From Takakia lepidozioides (taxonomy: Eukaryota > Plantae > Bryophyta): DNA of 64,000 bases. The notes under the pieces are model-generated. The model did not search any database, was not told the origin of the DNA, and was given only the letters and a program-made list of their open reading frames with translations. The DNA is taken from the NCBI GenBank assembly GCA_030704615.1, contig CM060734.1, positions 6,758,001-6,822,000 of the forward strand, in the 5' to 3' direction. Shown here piece by piece: positions 26,501 through 37,600 of the stretch (position 1 is the first letter of the stretch; the number at the start of each line of letters is the position of its first letter). Both the position numbers and the translations under genes were made by a program.

Positions 26501-26891
26501 AACCAGGTAAAAAATGATAACCAGAATTAACATTTAATGGAATTCATCCATTATTAACTATATCCGGTATGGATGAAGATAGCAGAAAGTTAATTATAGT
26601 TTAGTCAAAAATTACCTTAGTACCAAACCCTCTGGGTTATGGAATAGGTTACCAACAGGATCCATGTACAGAGGGAGAGAGAGGGACAGAGAGAGGGAGT
26701 GAGAGGGAGAGATCAGGAAACAAAAAGAAAAAGAGGAAGGTGGGGGGGGGGAGTGACTGAGTAGCAACTGCTCGGTCACCCCCCCCCCCCCAACCTTTTT
26801 GTTTTTTCTTTGTTGCCCCCTCTCTCCCTCTGTCTCCCTCCTCGGAATTGGCCGGTTGCATCAGTGTTCTTTTCATGATTTTCCATCTATA
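23527..26891 (-). mobile_element. Diverged inverted relative of the 3.4-kb array unit (LTR 26891->25741 ending ...GGTCCTCA, plus partial internal region)
   Basis: Reverse-complement matches to unit blocks at 23529-23625, 25741-25767, 25801-25852 and 26041-26226, plus GGATGAA motifs (26350-26580) and a GA tract. Confidence 0.8.
24120..25450. repeat. Diverged tandem duplication of ~680 bp inside the left relative
   Basis: GACCTGGTTTAGGTCTGGGGTCATTATGTTAC at ~24240 and ~24939; CTTACCTTAGCAGATTGTATGCAA at ~24668 and ~25345; CATAAAGGCATACAGGGC at ~24748 and ~25422. Confidence 0.85.
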
Positions 26892-27391
26892 NNNNNNNNN
26901 NNNNNNNNNNNNNNNNNNNNNNNNNNNNNNNNNNNNNNNNNNNNNNNNNNNNNNNNNNNNNNNNNNNNNNNNNNNNNNNNNNNNNNNNNNNNNNNNNNNN
27001 NNNNNNNNNNNNNNNNNNNNNNNNNNNNNNNNNNNNNNNNNNNNNNNNNNNNNNNNNNNNNNNNNNNNNNNNNNNNNNNNNNNNNNNNNNNNNNNNNNNN
27101 NNNNNNNNNNNNNNNNNNNNNNNNNNNNNNNNNNNNNNNNNNNNNNNNNNNNNNNNNNNNNNNNNNNNNNNNNNNNNNNNNNNNNNNNNNNNNNNNNNNN
27201 NNNNNNNNNNNNNNNNNNNNNNNNNNNNNNNNNNNNNNNNNNNNNNNNNNNNNNNNNNNNNNNNNNNNNNNNNNNNNNNNNNNNNNNNNNNNNNNNNNNN
27301 NNNNNNNNNNNNNNNNNNNNNNNNNNNNNNNNNNNNNNNNNNNNNNNNNNNNNNNNNNNNNNNNNNNNNNNNNNNNNNNNNNNNNNNNNNN
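26892..27391. other. Assembly gap (500 N)
   Basis: Run of N. Confidence 1.
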
Positions 27392-28342
27392 AACATCTAT
27401 AGGGCTTCTGAATGCTGAAATTTTGAGCTAGGCCTTGGTAAGACAGCCTGCTGGAGTAGACGTGTACACCTTATACATGATCCGGTCAGTGCACATTACT
27501 CTTGTTTGCCGGTCCCATGTAGCCGATGCCTTATGTCAGATTTAGATACCTTATGATACGAATGAGTTCCTTTTCTTTGGCTCAAATGTTTCTATGTTTC
27601 TCCTGGTTATGGCTTTGCTCTTTATAGCACCATAAAAAATACCCAATTATGATATGCTGCTGGTAGATGTTTTGTCTGAATACCAGGTGGTAAACCCATG
27701 CCAGACCCCAATACCTGCCCCCTTTGGTTTTGTACACATTTTTACCCAAAACAAGGGGTTGGGATTTTTTACTTTATTTGGGATTGGGGGGTGGGGTGAT
27801 TGGTTTAAACACTAAAAGTCTGATAAAGATTTTCCGATTGTTACTTTATGACCTTGGGAATTGAGGGTTCTTTCACTGGCCTCTTCTTCCGGTCACCAGA
27901 GCTTATATATAAACTAAAGGTAAAACTCTACATTTTGATGTATGTGTTGATGTACCTTCGTTTGTGTCACAACTTGCCAACTTGGAACATGCCAATGGCA
28001 GAAAAATTCATTGCCTAAAACCTACCCCATTGGTTTTGTACACATGCGGTACCCAAAAATATGGGCTAGGTAAACACTAAAGGGTTGATAAAAGTTTCTT
28101 TCCTGTTTGTTGCTTCATGATTTCGGAGTTAAGGTCCCTTCATTGGCCTCATCTTTCCATTATCAGAGCTTATGTGTAGCTAAAAGGTAAAACTCTACAT
28201 TCTGATGTAAGTGTTGATGTACCTTGATTGTCACGGCTTGTTTTGTTTGTTGACCTTGGAGAGTTGAGATCGTAGGCATGTTTATTTCTATGGTTCCTTT
28301 GTAACCAGAAGTAAAAGCTACAAAGAAGAGGGAGGTCATTTA

Positions 28343-29408
28343 TGTGATGGGGTCTGGTATGCACTCATACCACACTCACTCCATAAGGAGCTGCCATACC
28401 AGGGGATGGTTGGTGGGTTCCATCTCTCTCCCTCTCTCTCCCTCCCTCCATGGATCTGGCTGGTTCTCTTAAAACTTGATAGTTTAAGACCAGTGGTATG
28501 TTACCTAACCCCTAATTAACCTTCTTGGAATTTGGTTAATTTCGGTTTTACATTACCCGATTTTTGGTATAAGGTCGGGATCCTAATGGAGCCATCATAT
28601 TATTTAATTTTTTCATCCATAAATGGATGTCATCCTCAGAGGATGACACGGATGAAAAATCGATAGACGATTTCATCCACGCGATGAAATCACGATAGAT
28701 TTCATCCTGCGCGGTAGAGTTCATCCCGTGTGATGGATTTTCATCCCGAATGGATGAAATCGTGAGAAATCACGTGGATGAAATCGCGGGAAATCGCGCT
28801 TCATCTCTTCCCTGCCCTAACCCTCTGCACGACGATCGTGCTTAAGGGATGGCTGGAGCTGAGAGATGGTGGCGGGGGGCGCATGGACCTCGATTCAGGC
28901 GCCCTTGAATGCCATGGAGCTGCGCCATTAAGGCATTTAGGTGTTCTGGCAAGATTCAGTACCTTCTTCCCCTCTCGGGGTGCGCAATGGCGGCAGTACC
29001 TGCAATTTCCCTGTGGCGGTTGTCTCTAATGCTTGGCGGGCGATCTACCTGTGTTGTGGTTGCTTGCTGTGACCTTCATTGATCATTAAGGTACAAGCGG
29101 CGATCTTAAGGCCTCGGGGAAGTGTCTGAACTCTTTAAGTTTGGGCGATTCACTTTCTTTGTGCATGCTTTGTACATTTTGTTGCGCATTCTTGTTTGCT
29201 GGTCTTGAGAGCTATGGCGCAGGCCTCTCTTCCACAAGCCATCAAGGTATTGGCTTGCATATGCTCTGTTTCCTTTCTGCCCTTGCTTTGTATTGCATGT
29301 TGTACAGCGATAACAAGCGTGAGACCTGCGATTCACCTGGGGTTCCACATCGTCTCTAACTTAACTGTTTCTGATTGCATGTGATGGGACCAGGTGAGGG
29401 TCCTCACA
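28343..29408 (+). repeat. Putative LTR of the array unit (other copies: 31786-32826, 35201-36184, 38521-39474, 41848-42919, 45288-46350, 48713-gap)
   Basis: Termini TGTGA...TCACA, preceded by the polypurine tract AAAGAAGAGGGAGG (28322-28335). Diverged relatives have the matching termini TGAG (50174, after PPT AGAGGGAGAG) and CTCA (25741). No canonical tRNA PBS seen. Confidence 0.65.
28610..28830. promoter_or_regulatory. Cluster of GGATGAAA/TTTCATCC motifs in both orientations, followed by telo-box-like CCCTAACCCT (putative U3 promoter)
   Basis: About ten motif copies within 200 bp, CpG-rich, also present in both diverged relatives. Function is inferred. Confidence 0.45.
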
Positions 29409-31196
29409 AGCTGATGGCTTTAAAGAGATCTGGTAACATGCTACAATGTAGGGCAGACCTGTTTTCATGACCAGACAGTGTTCTTGAATGTACAAGCATT
29501 GGAAACTTAGCCTCTTTTAGAAGCTGGTCACTTTAGGACACTTGATACCATGCCAAACTGATATGGATGGATCTTTTGTGGCCAAATCTGGTCCTTGGTT
29601 ATATGCCCTTGAATGTTTACCTATTTTCCAAAATGGTAAGACATTGGTAGATGTGAACAGAATGATTCAGGCATTGTATTCAAGTTGCTTTAGGATAAAT
29701 AATACCAAAGTAACCTGCAGGCCTGATGGGACGAGCAATTCAGATTCTTTGTGTTTCCTATGGATGATTGCATGGCATGTAAATCTGATTACAGCCTGTT
29801 ATGGTAATGATTTCCCTACCCCGGACATAGAACTTGGTCTTGGGGCATGGAATAAGAGGTGGGAATATTACTCTACCCTGTCGTTGAAATTACACACCAG
29901 CCCCAAATCTAAAACGGATCATGGGGCAAAAAACATGGTGTCAATAAGTGACTTGATGTGCAAAGTAGGGCAGCTGATCATAACCTGTTGTATAAGCTGC
30001 CAAATATCAGTCCGTAACCCTGCTTTGGTGATGTTCTTTATGTAAAGAAATGCTCTTATTTGTTCTTAAGCCTTCTATGATCATAAATGGCTTCTTTAAG
30101 ACAAACAGACATTTCCAGCCATGAACAGTGATCAATGGATCTTTATTTGGACATGGATACTTACTGCTCAGTCACTTTGGTATGTCCAATGATACAAAGA
30201 ACCCAAAACTATACTAGTTTTTGGGCCAACAATAAATGAGGATGGTTGGTTATGCCTTGGTATGTAAGCTGACCAAAAAATACAGACTGAATGACATGGC
30301 ATGTCATGAATGGCACTTTTTAGCATGCTGAACAATGGTTTCCTACTATGAACAGTGGTAATCGAGTCTCTAATTTTTCCCACCCCCCCACCCAGAGACT
30401 TCATTGACTTTGAAGTCTGGGATTTGTCATAAAGCTGACTTGTGAATGAAGAATGGTTGATAATGCCTTGTTATGAGGCTGATTTGTCGTTAATTTTACA
30501 ATGACCTTGTCAGGTCTTTGTCCATGTCTCGACAAGACATAAGTATCTTCCCTCTCTGATTTAGACCAGTGTACTTGGTGGTTCTTGTACACATTATCAA
30601 CCAATCTCCCTTCTGTTTTCAGTTTTATGTTTGATTTACTAACACCTTGGTCTGAGCATGACAAAAGGTTATCAAATATGTTCCTGGTTGAAGTGATGAA
30701 CCCAAGGCAATGGGAAGGCCAAAGCCATGAGATATCAGCCTCCTCTCCGCCATGACCATGGTGTGGAGCAAGCAAGTCCTTCATAAGGTAAGATCTTCTC
30801 CAGCAAAAATATGTTGGCTAATTGGGCATGGAGAGTAAGGCATCCTTGAAGGTACCTGAGATAAGCATAGAACATCTATAGGGCTTCTGAATGCTGAAAT
30901 TTTGAGCTAGGCCTTGGTAAGACAGCCTGCTGGAGTAGACGTGTACACCTTATACATGATCCGGTCAGTGCACATTACTCTTGTTTGCCGGTCCCATGTA
31001 GCCGATGCCTTATGTCAGATTTAGATACCTTATGATACGAATGAGTTCCTTTTCTTTGGCTCAAATGTTTCTATGTTTCTCCTGGTTATGGCTTTGCTCT
31101 TTATAGCACCATAAAAAATACCCAATTATGATATGCTGCTGGTAGATGTTTTGTCTGAATACCAGGTGGTAAACCCATGCCAGACCCCAATACCTG

Positions 31197-31670
31197 CCCC
31201 CTTTGGTTTTGTACACATGTTTTACCCAAAACAAGGGGTGGGTAAACACTAAAAGTCTGATATAAGATTCTTTCCTGATTGTTACTTTATGACCTTGGGA
31301 ATTGAGGGTTCTTTCACTGGCCTCTTCTTCCGGTCACCAGAGCTTATATATAAACTAAAAGGTAAAACTCTACATTTTGATGTATGTGTGATGTACCTTC
31401 GTTTGTGTCACAACTTGCCAACTTGGAACATGCCAATGGCAGAAAAATTCATTGCCTAAACCTACCCCCATTGGTTTTGTACACATGCGGGTACCCAAAA
31501 TATGGGCTAGGTAAACACTAAAGGGTTGATAAAAGTTTCTTTCCTGTTTGTTGCTTCATGAATTTCGGAGTTAAGGTCCCTTCATTGGCCTCATCTTTCC
31601 ATTATCAGAGCTTATGTGTAGCTAAAAGGTAAAACTCTACATTCTGATGTAAGTGTTGATGTACCTTTGA
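31197..31670. repeat. Internal diverged ~270-bp duplication in each array unit (copy 2 shown)
   Basis: TTGGTTTTGTACACATG...GGTAAACACTAAA...CAGAGCTTAT...CTAAAAGGTAAAACTCTACATT occurs twice per unit. Confidence 0.9.
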
Positions 31671-34600
31671 TTGTCACGGCTTGTTTTGTTTGTTGACCTT
31701 GGAGAGTTGAGATCGTAGGCATGTTTATTTCTATGGTTCCTTTGTAACCAGAAGTAAAAGCTACAAAGAAGAGGGAGGTCATTTATGTGATGGGGTCTGG
31801 TATGCACTCATACCACACTCACTCCATAAGGAGCTGCCATACCAGGGGATGGTTGGTGGGTTCCATCTCTCTCCCTCTCTCTCCCTCCCTCCATGGATCT
31901 GGCTGGTTCTCTTAAAACTTGATAGTTTAAGACCAGTGGTGTTTACCTAACCCCTAATTAACCTTCTTGGAATTTGGTTAATTTCGGTTATTTACATTAC
32001 CCGGATTTTTGGTATAGGTCGGGATCCTAATGGCCATCATATTATTTAATTTTTTCATCCATAAATGGATGTCATCCTCAGAGGATGACACGGATGAAAA
32101 ATCGATAGACGATTTCATCCGACGCGGATGAAATCACGATAGATTTCATCCTGCGCGGTAGAGTTCATCCCGTGTGATGGATTTCATCCCGAATGGATGA
32201 AATCGTGAGAAATCACGTGGATGAAATCGCGGGAAATCGCGCTTCATCTCTTCCCTGCCCTAACCCTCTGCACGACGATCGTGCTTAAGGGATGGCTGGA
32301 GCTGAGAGATGGTGGGGGGGGCGCATGGACCTCGATTCAGGCGCCCTTGAATGCCATGGAGCTGCGCCATTAAGGCATTTAGGCTGGCAAGATTCAGTAC
32401 CTTCTTCCCCTCTCGGGTGCGCAATGGCGGCAGTACCTGCAATTTCCCTGTGGCGGTGTCTCTAATGCTTGGCGGGCGATCTACCTGTGTTGTGGTTGCT
32501 TGCTGTGACCTTCATTGATCATTAAGGTACAAGCGGCGATCTTAAGGCCTCGGGGAAGTGTCTGAACTCTTTAAGTTTGGGCGATTCACTTTCTTTGTGC
32601 ATGCTTTGTACATTTTGTTGCGCATTCTTGTTTGCTGGTCTTGAGAGCTATGGCGCAGGCCTCTCTTCCACAAGCCATCATTGGCTTGCATATGCTGCCC
32701 TTGCTTTGTATTGCATGTTGTACAGCGATAACAAGCGTGAGACCTGCGATTCACCTGGGGTTCCACATCGTCTCTAACTTAACTGTTTCTGATTGCATGT
32801 GATGGGACCAGGTGAGGGTCCTCACAAGCTGATGGCTTTAAAGAGATCTGGTAACATGCTACAATGTAGGGCAGACCTGTTTTCATGACCAGACAGTGTT
32901 CTTGAATGTACAAGCATTGGAAACTTAGCCTCTTTTAGAAGCTGGTCACTTTAGGACACTTGATACCATGCCAAACTGATATGGATGGATCTTTTGTGGC
33001 CAATCTGGTCCTTGGTTATATGCCCTTGAATGTTTACCTATTTTCCAAAATGGTAAGACATTGGTAGATGTGAACAGAATGATTCAGGCATTGTATTCAA
33101 GTTGCTTTAGGATAAATAATACCAAAGTAACCTGCAGGCCTGATGGGACGAGCAATTCAGATTCTTTGTGTTTCCTATGGATGATTGCATGGCATAAATC
33201 TGATTACAGCCTGTTATGGTAATGATTTCCCTACCCCGGACATAGAACTTGGTCTTGGGGCATGGAATAAGAGGTGGGAATATTACTCTACCCTGTCGTT
33301 GAAATTACACACCAGCCCCAATCTAAAACGGATCATGGGGCAAAAAACATGGTGTCAATAAGTGACTTGATGTGCAAAGTAGGGCAGCTGATCATAACCT
33401 GTTGTATAAGCTGCCAAATATCAGTCCGTAACCCTGCTTTGGTGATGTTCTTTATGTAAAGAAATGCTCTTATTTTGTTCTTAAGCCTTCTATGATCATA
33501 ATGGCTTCTTTAAGACAAACAGACATTTTTCCAGCCATGAACAGTGATCAATGGATCTTTATTTGGACATGGATACTTACTGCTCAGTCACTTTGGTATG
33601 TCCAATGATACAAAGAACCCAAACTATACTAGTTTTTGGGCCAACAATAAATGAGGATGGTTGGTTATGCCTTGGTATGTAAGCTGACCAAAAAATACAG
33701 ACTGAATGACATGGCATGTCATGAATGGCACTTTTTAGCATGCTGAACAATGGTTTCCTACTATGAACAGTGGTAATCGAGTCTCTAATTTTTCCCCCCC
33801 CCCCACCCAGAGACTTCATTGACTTTGAAGTCTGGGATTTGTCATAAAGCTGACTTGTGAATGAAGAATGGTTGATAATGCCTTGTTATGAGGCTGATTT
33901 GTCGTTAATTTTACAATGACCTTGTCAGGTCTTTGTCCATGTCTCGACAAGACATAAGTATCTTCCCTCTCTGATTTAGACCAGTGTACTTGGTGGTTCT
34001 TGTACACATTATCAACCAATCTCCCTTCTGTTTTCAGTTTTATGTTTGATTTACTAACACCTTGGTCTGAGCATGACAAAAGGTTATCAAATATGTTCCT
34101 GTTGAAGTGATGAACCCAAGGCAATGGGAAGGCCAAAGCCATGAGATATCAGCCTCCTCTCCCGCCATGACCATGGTGTGGAGCAAGCAAGTCCTTCATA
34201 AGGTAAGATCTTCTCCAGCAAAAATATGTTGGCTAATTGGGCATGGAGAGTAAGGCATCCTTGAAGGTACCTGAGATAAGCATAGAACATCTATAGGGCT
34301 TCTGAATGCTGAAATTTTGAGCTAGGCCTTGGTAAGACAGCCTGCTGGAGTAGACGTGTACACCTTATACATGATCCGGTCAGTGCACATTACTCTTGTT
34401 TTGCCGGTCCCATGTAGCCGATGCCTTATGTCAGATTTAGATACCTTATGATACGAATGAGTTTCCTTTTCTTTGGCTCAAATGTTTCTATGTTTCTCCT
34501 GGTTATGGCTTTGCTCTTTATAGCACCATAAAAATACCCAATTGATATGCTGCTGGTAGATGTTTTGTCTGAATACCAGGTGGTAAACCCATGCCAGACC

Positions 34601-37600
34601 CAATACCTGCCCCCTTTGGTTTTGTACACATTTTTACCCAAAACAAGGGGTGGGTAAACACTAAAAGTCTGATATAAGATTCTTTCCCGATTGTTACTTT
34701 ATGACCTTGGGAATTGAGGGTTTCTTTCACTGGCCTCTTCTTCCGGTCACCAGAGCTTATATATAAACTAAAAGGTAAAACTCTACATTTTGATGTATGT
34801 GTTGATGTACCTTCGTTTGTGTCACAACTTGCCAACTTGGAACATGCCAATGGCAGAAAAATTCATTGCCTAAACCTACCCCCATTGGTTTTGTACACAT
34901 GCGGTACCCAAAAATATGGGCTAGGTAAACACTAAAGGGTTGATAAAAGTTTCTTTCCTGTTTGTTGCTTCATGAATTTCGGAGTTAAGGTCCCTTCATT
35001 GGCCTCATCTTTCCATTATCAGAGCTTATGTGTAGCTAAAAGGTAAAACTCTACATTCTGATGTAAGTGTTGATGTACCTTTGATTGTCACGGCTTGTTT
35101 TGTTTGTTGACCTTGGAGAGTTTGAGATCGTAGGCATGTTTATTTCTATGGTTCCTTTGTAACCAGAAGTAAAAGCTACAAAGAAGAGGGAGGTCATTTA
35201 TGTGATGGGGTCTGGTATGCACTCATACCACACTCACTCCATAAGGAGCTGCCATACCAGGGGATGGTTGGTGGGTTCCATCTCTCTCCTCTCTCCCTCC
35301 CTCCATGGATCTGGCTGGTTCTCTTAAAACTTGATAGTTTAAGACCAGTGGTATGTTACCTAACCCCTAATTAACCTTCTTGGAATTTGGTTAATTTCGG
35401 TTATTTACATTACCCGGATTTTTGGTATAAGGTCGGGATCCTAATGGAGCCATCATATTATTTAATTTTTTCATCCATAAATGGATGTCATCCTCAGAGG
35501 ATGACACGGATGAAAATCGATAGACGATTTCATCCACGCGGATGAAATCACGATAGATTTCATCCTGCGCGGTAGAGTTCATCCCGTGTGATGGATTTTC
35601 ATCCCGAATGGATGAAATCGTGAGAATCACGTGGGAAATCGCGGGAAATCGCGCTTCATCTCTTCCCTGCCCTAACCCTCTGCACGACGATCGTGCTTAA
35701 GGGATGGCTGGAGCTGAGAGATGGTGGCGGGGGCGCATGGACCTCGATTCAGGCGCCCTGAATGCCATGGAGCTGCCATTAAGGCATTTAGGTGTTCTGG
35801 CAAGATTCAGTACCTTCTTCCCCTCTCGGGGTGCGCAATGGCGGCAGTACCTGCAATTTCCCTGTGGCGGTTGTCTCTAATGCTTGGCGGGCGATCTACC
35901 TGTGTTGTGGTTGCTTGCTGTGACCTTCATTGATCATTAAGGTACAAGCGGCGATCTTAAGGCCTCGGGGAAGTGTCTGAACTCTTTAAGTTTGGGCGAT
36001 TCACTTATGCTTTGTACATTTTGTTGCGCATTCTTGTTTGCTGGTCTTGATATGGCGCAGGCGGTATTGGCTTGCAAATATGTTGTTAACAAGCGTGAGA
36101 CCTGCGATTCACCTGGGGTTCCACATCGTCTCTAACTTAACTGTTTCTGATTGCATGTGATGGGACCAGGTGAGGGTCCTCACAAGCTGATGGCTTTAAA
36201 GAGATCTGGTATGCTACAATGTAGGGCAGACCTGTTTTCATGACCAGACAGTGTTCTTGAATGTACAAGCATTGGAAACTTAGCCTCTTTTAGAAACTTT
36301 AGGACACTTGATACCATGCCAAACTGATATGGATGGATCTTTTGTGGCCAAATCTGGTCCTTGGTTATGCCCCCTATTTTCCAAAATGGTAAGACATTGG
36401 TAGATGTGAACAGAATGATTCAGGCATTGTATTCAAGTTGCTTTCCAAAGTAACCTGCAGGCCTGATGGGACGAGCAATTCAGATTCTTTGTGTTTCCTA
36501 TGGATGATTGCATGGCATGTAAATCTGATTACAGCCTGTTATGGTAATGATTTCCCTACCCCGGACATAGAACTTGGTCTTGGGGCATGGAATAAGAGGT
36601 GGGAATATTACTCTACCCTGTCGTTGAAATTACACACCAGCCCCAATCTAAACGGATCATGGGGCAAAAAACATGGTGTCAATAAGTGACTTGATGTGCA
36701 AAGTAGGGCAGCTGATCATAACCTGTTGTATAAGCTGCCAAATATCAGTCCGTAACCCTGCTTTGGTGATGTTCTTTATGTAAAGAATGCTCTTATTTTG
36801 TTCTTAAGCCTTCTATGATCATAAATGGCTTCTTTAAGACAAACAGACATTTCCAGCCATGAACAGTGATCAATGGATCTTTATTTGGACATGGATACTT
36901 ACTGCTCAGTCACTTTGGTATGTCCAATGATACAAAGAACCCAAAACTATACTAGTTTTTGGGCCAACAATAAATGAGGATGGTTGGTTATGCCTTGGTA
37001 TGTAAGCTGACCAAAAAATACAGACTGAATGACATGGCATGTCATGAATGGCACTTTTTAGCATGCTGAACAATGGTTTCCTACTATGAACAGTGGTAAT
37101 CGAGTCTCTAATTTTCCCACCCCCCCACCCAGAGACTTCATTGACTTTGAAGTCTGGGATTTGTCATAAAGCTGACTTGTGAATGAAGAATGGTTGATAA
37201 TGCCTTGTTATGAGGCTGATTTGTCGTTAATTTTACAATGACCTTGTCAGGTCTTTGTCCATGTCTCGACAAGACATAAGTATCTTCCCTCTCTGATTTA
37301 GACCAGTGTACTTGGTGGTTCTTGTACACATTATCAACCAATCTCCCTTCTTTTCAGTTTTATGTTTGATTTACTAACACCTTGGTCTGAGCATGACAAA
37401 AGGTTATCAAATGTTCCTGATTGAAGTGATGAACCCAAGGCAATGGGAAGGCCAAAGCCATGAGATATCAGCCTCCTCTCCCCGCCATGACCATGGTGTG
37501 GAGCAAGCAAGTCCTTCATAAGGTAAGATCTTCTCCAGCAAAAATATGTTGGCTAATTGGGCATGGAGAGTAAGGCATCCTTGAAGGTACCTGAGATAAG

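Noticed and set aside
26799-27431. ORFs spanning the N runs (also 49152-49987)
   Set aside because: Artefacts of the assembly gaps.
27758-27806. G/T-rich insertion unique to array unit 1
   Set aside because: Low-complexity sequence near a contig end; probably a consensus error.
28612-28640. Minus-strand CTGAGGA...GAAA hammerhead-like motif (retrozyme idea)
   Set aside because: Stem II spacing is wrong and stems I and III are missing; explained by the GGATGAAA palindromes.
29342-29352. GTTCCACATCG resembling the plant snRNA USE
   Set aside because: No TATA box at the expected distance; the 3' part is not conserved in the relative.
29858-29877. GAATATTAC in a weak stem, similar to the geminivirus/CRESS origin
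   Set aside because: Mismatch to TAATATTAC, GU-dependent stem, no Rep gene, not seen in the relatives.
29542-30045. 167-aa ORF (and other short ORFs) recurring in each array unit
   Set aside because: It recurs only because the DNA is repeated. It has a TTG start and no motifs, is broken in several copies and is not conserved in the diverged relatives.
30987-30997. GCCGGTCCCA resembling a twister ribozyme core
   Set aside because: Lacks AAGCCCGG and the other core elements; not conserved in the relative.
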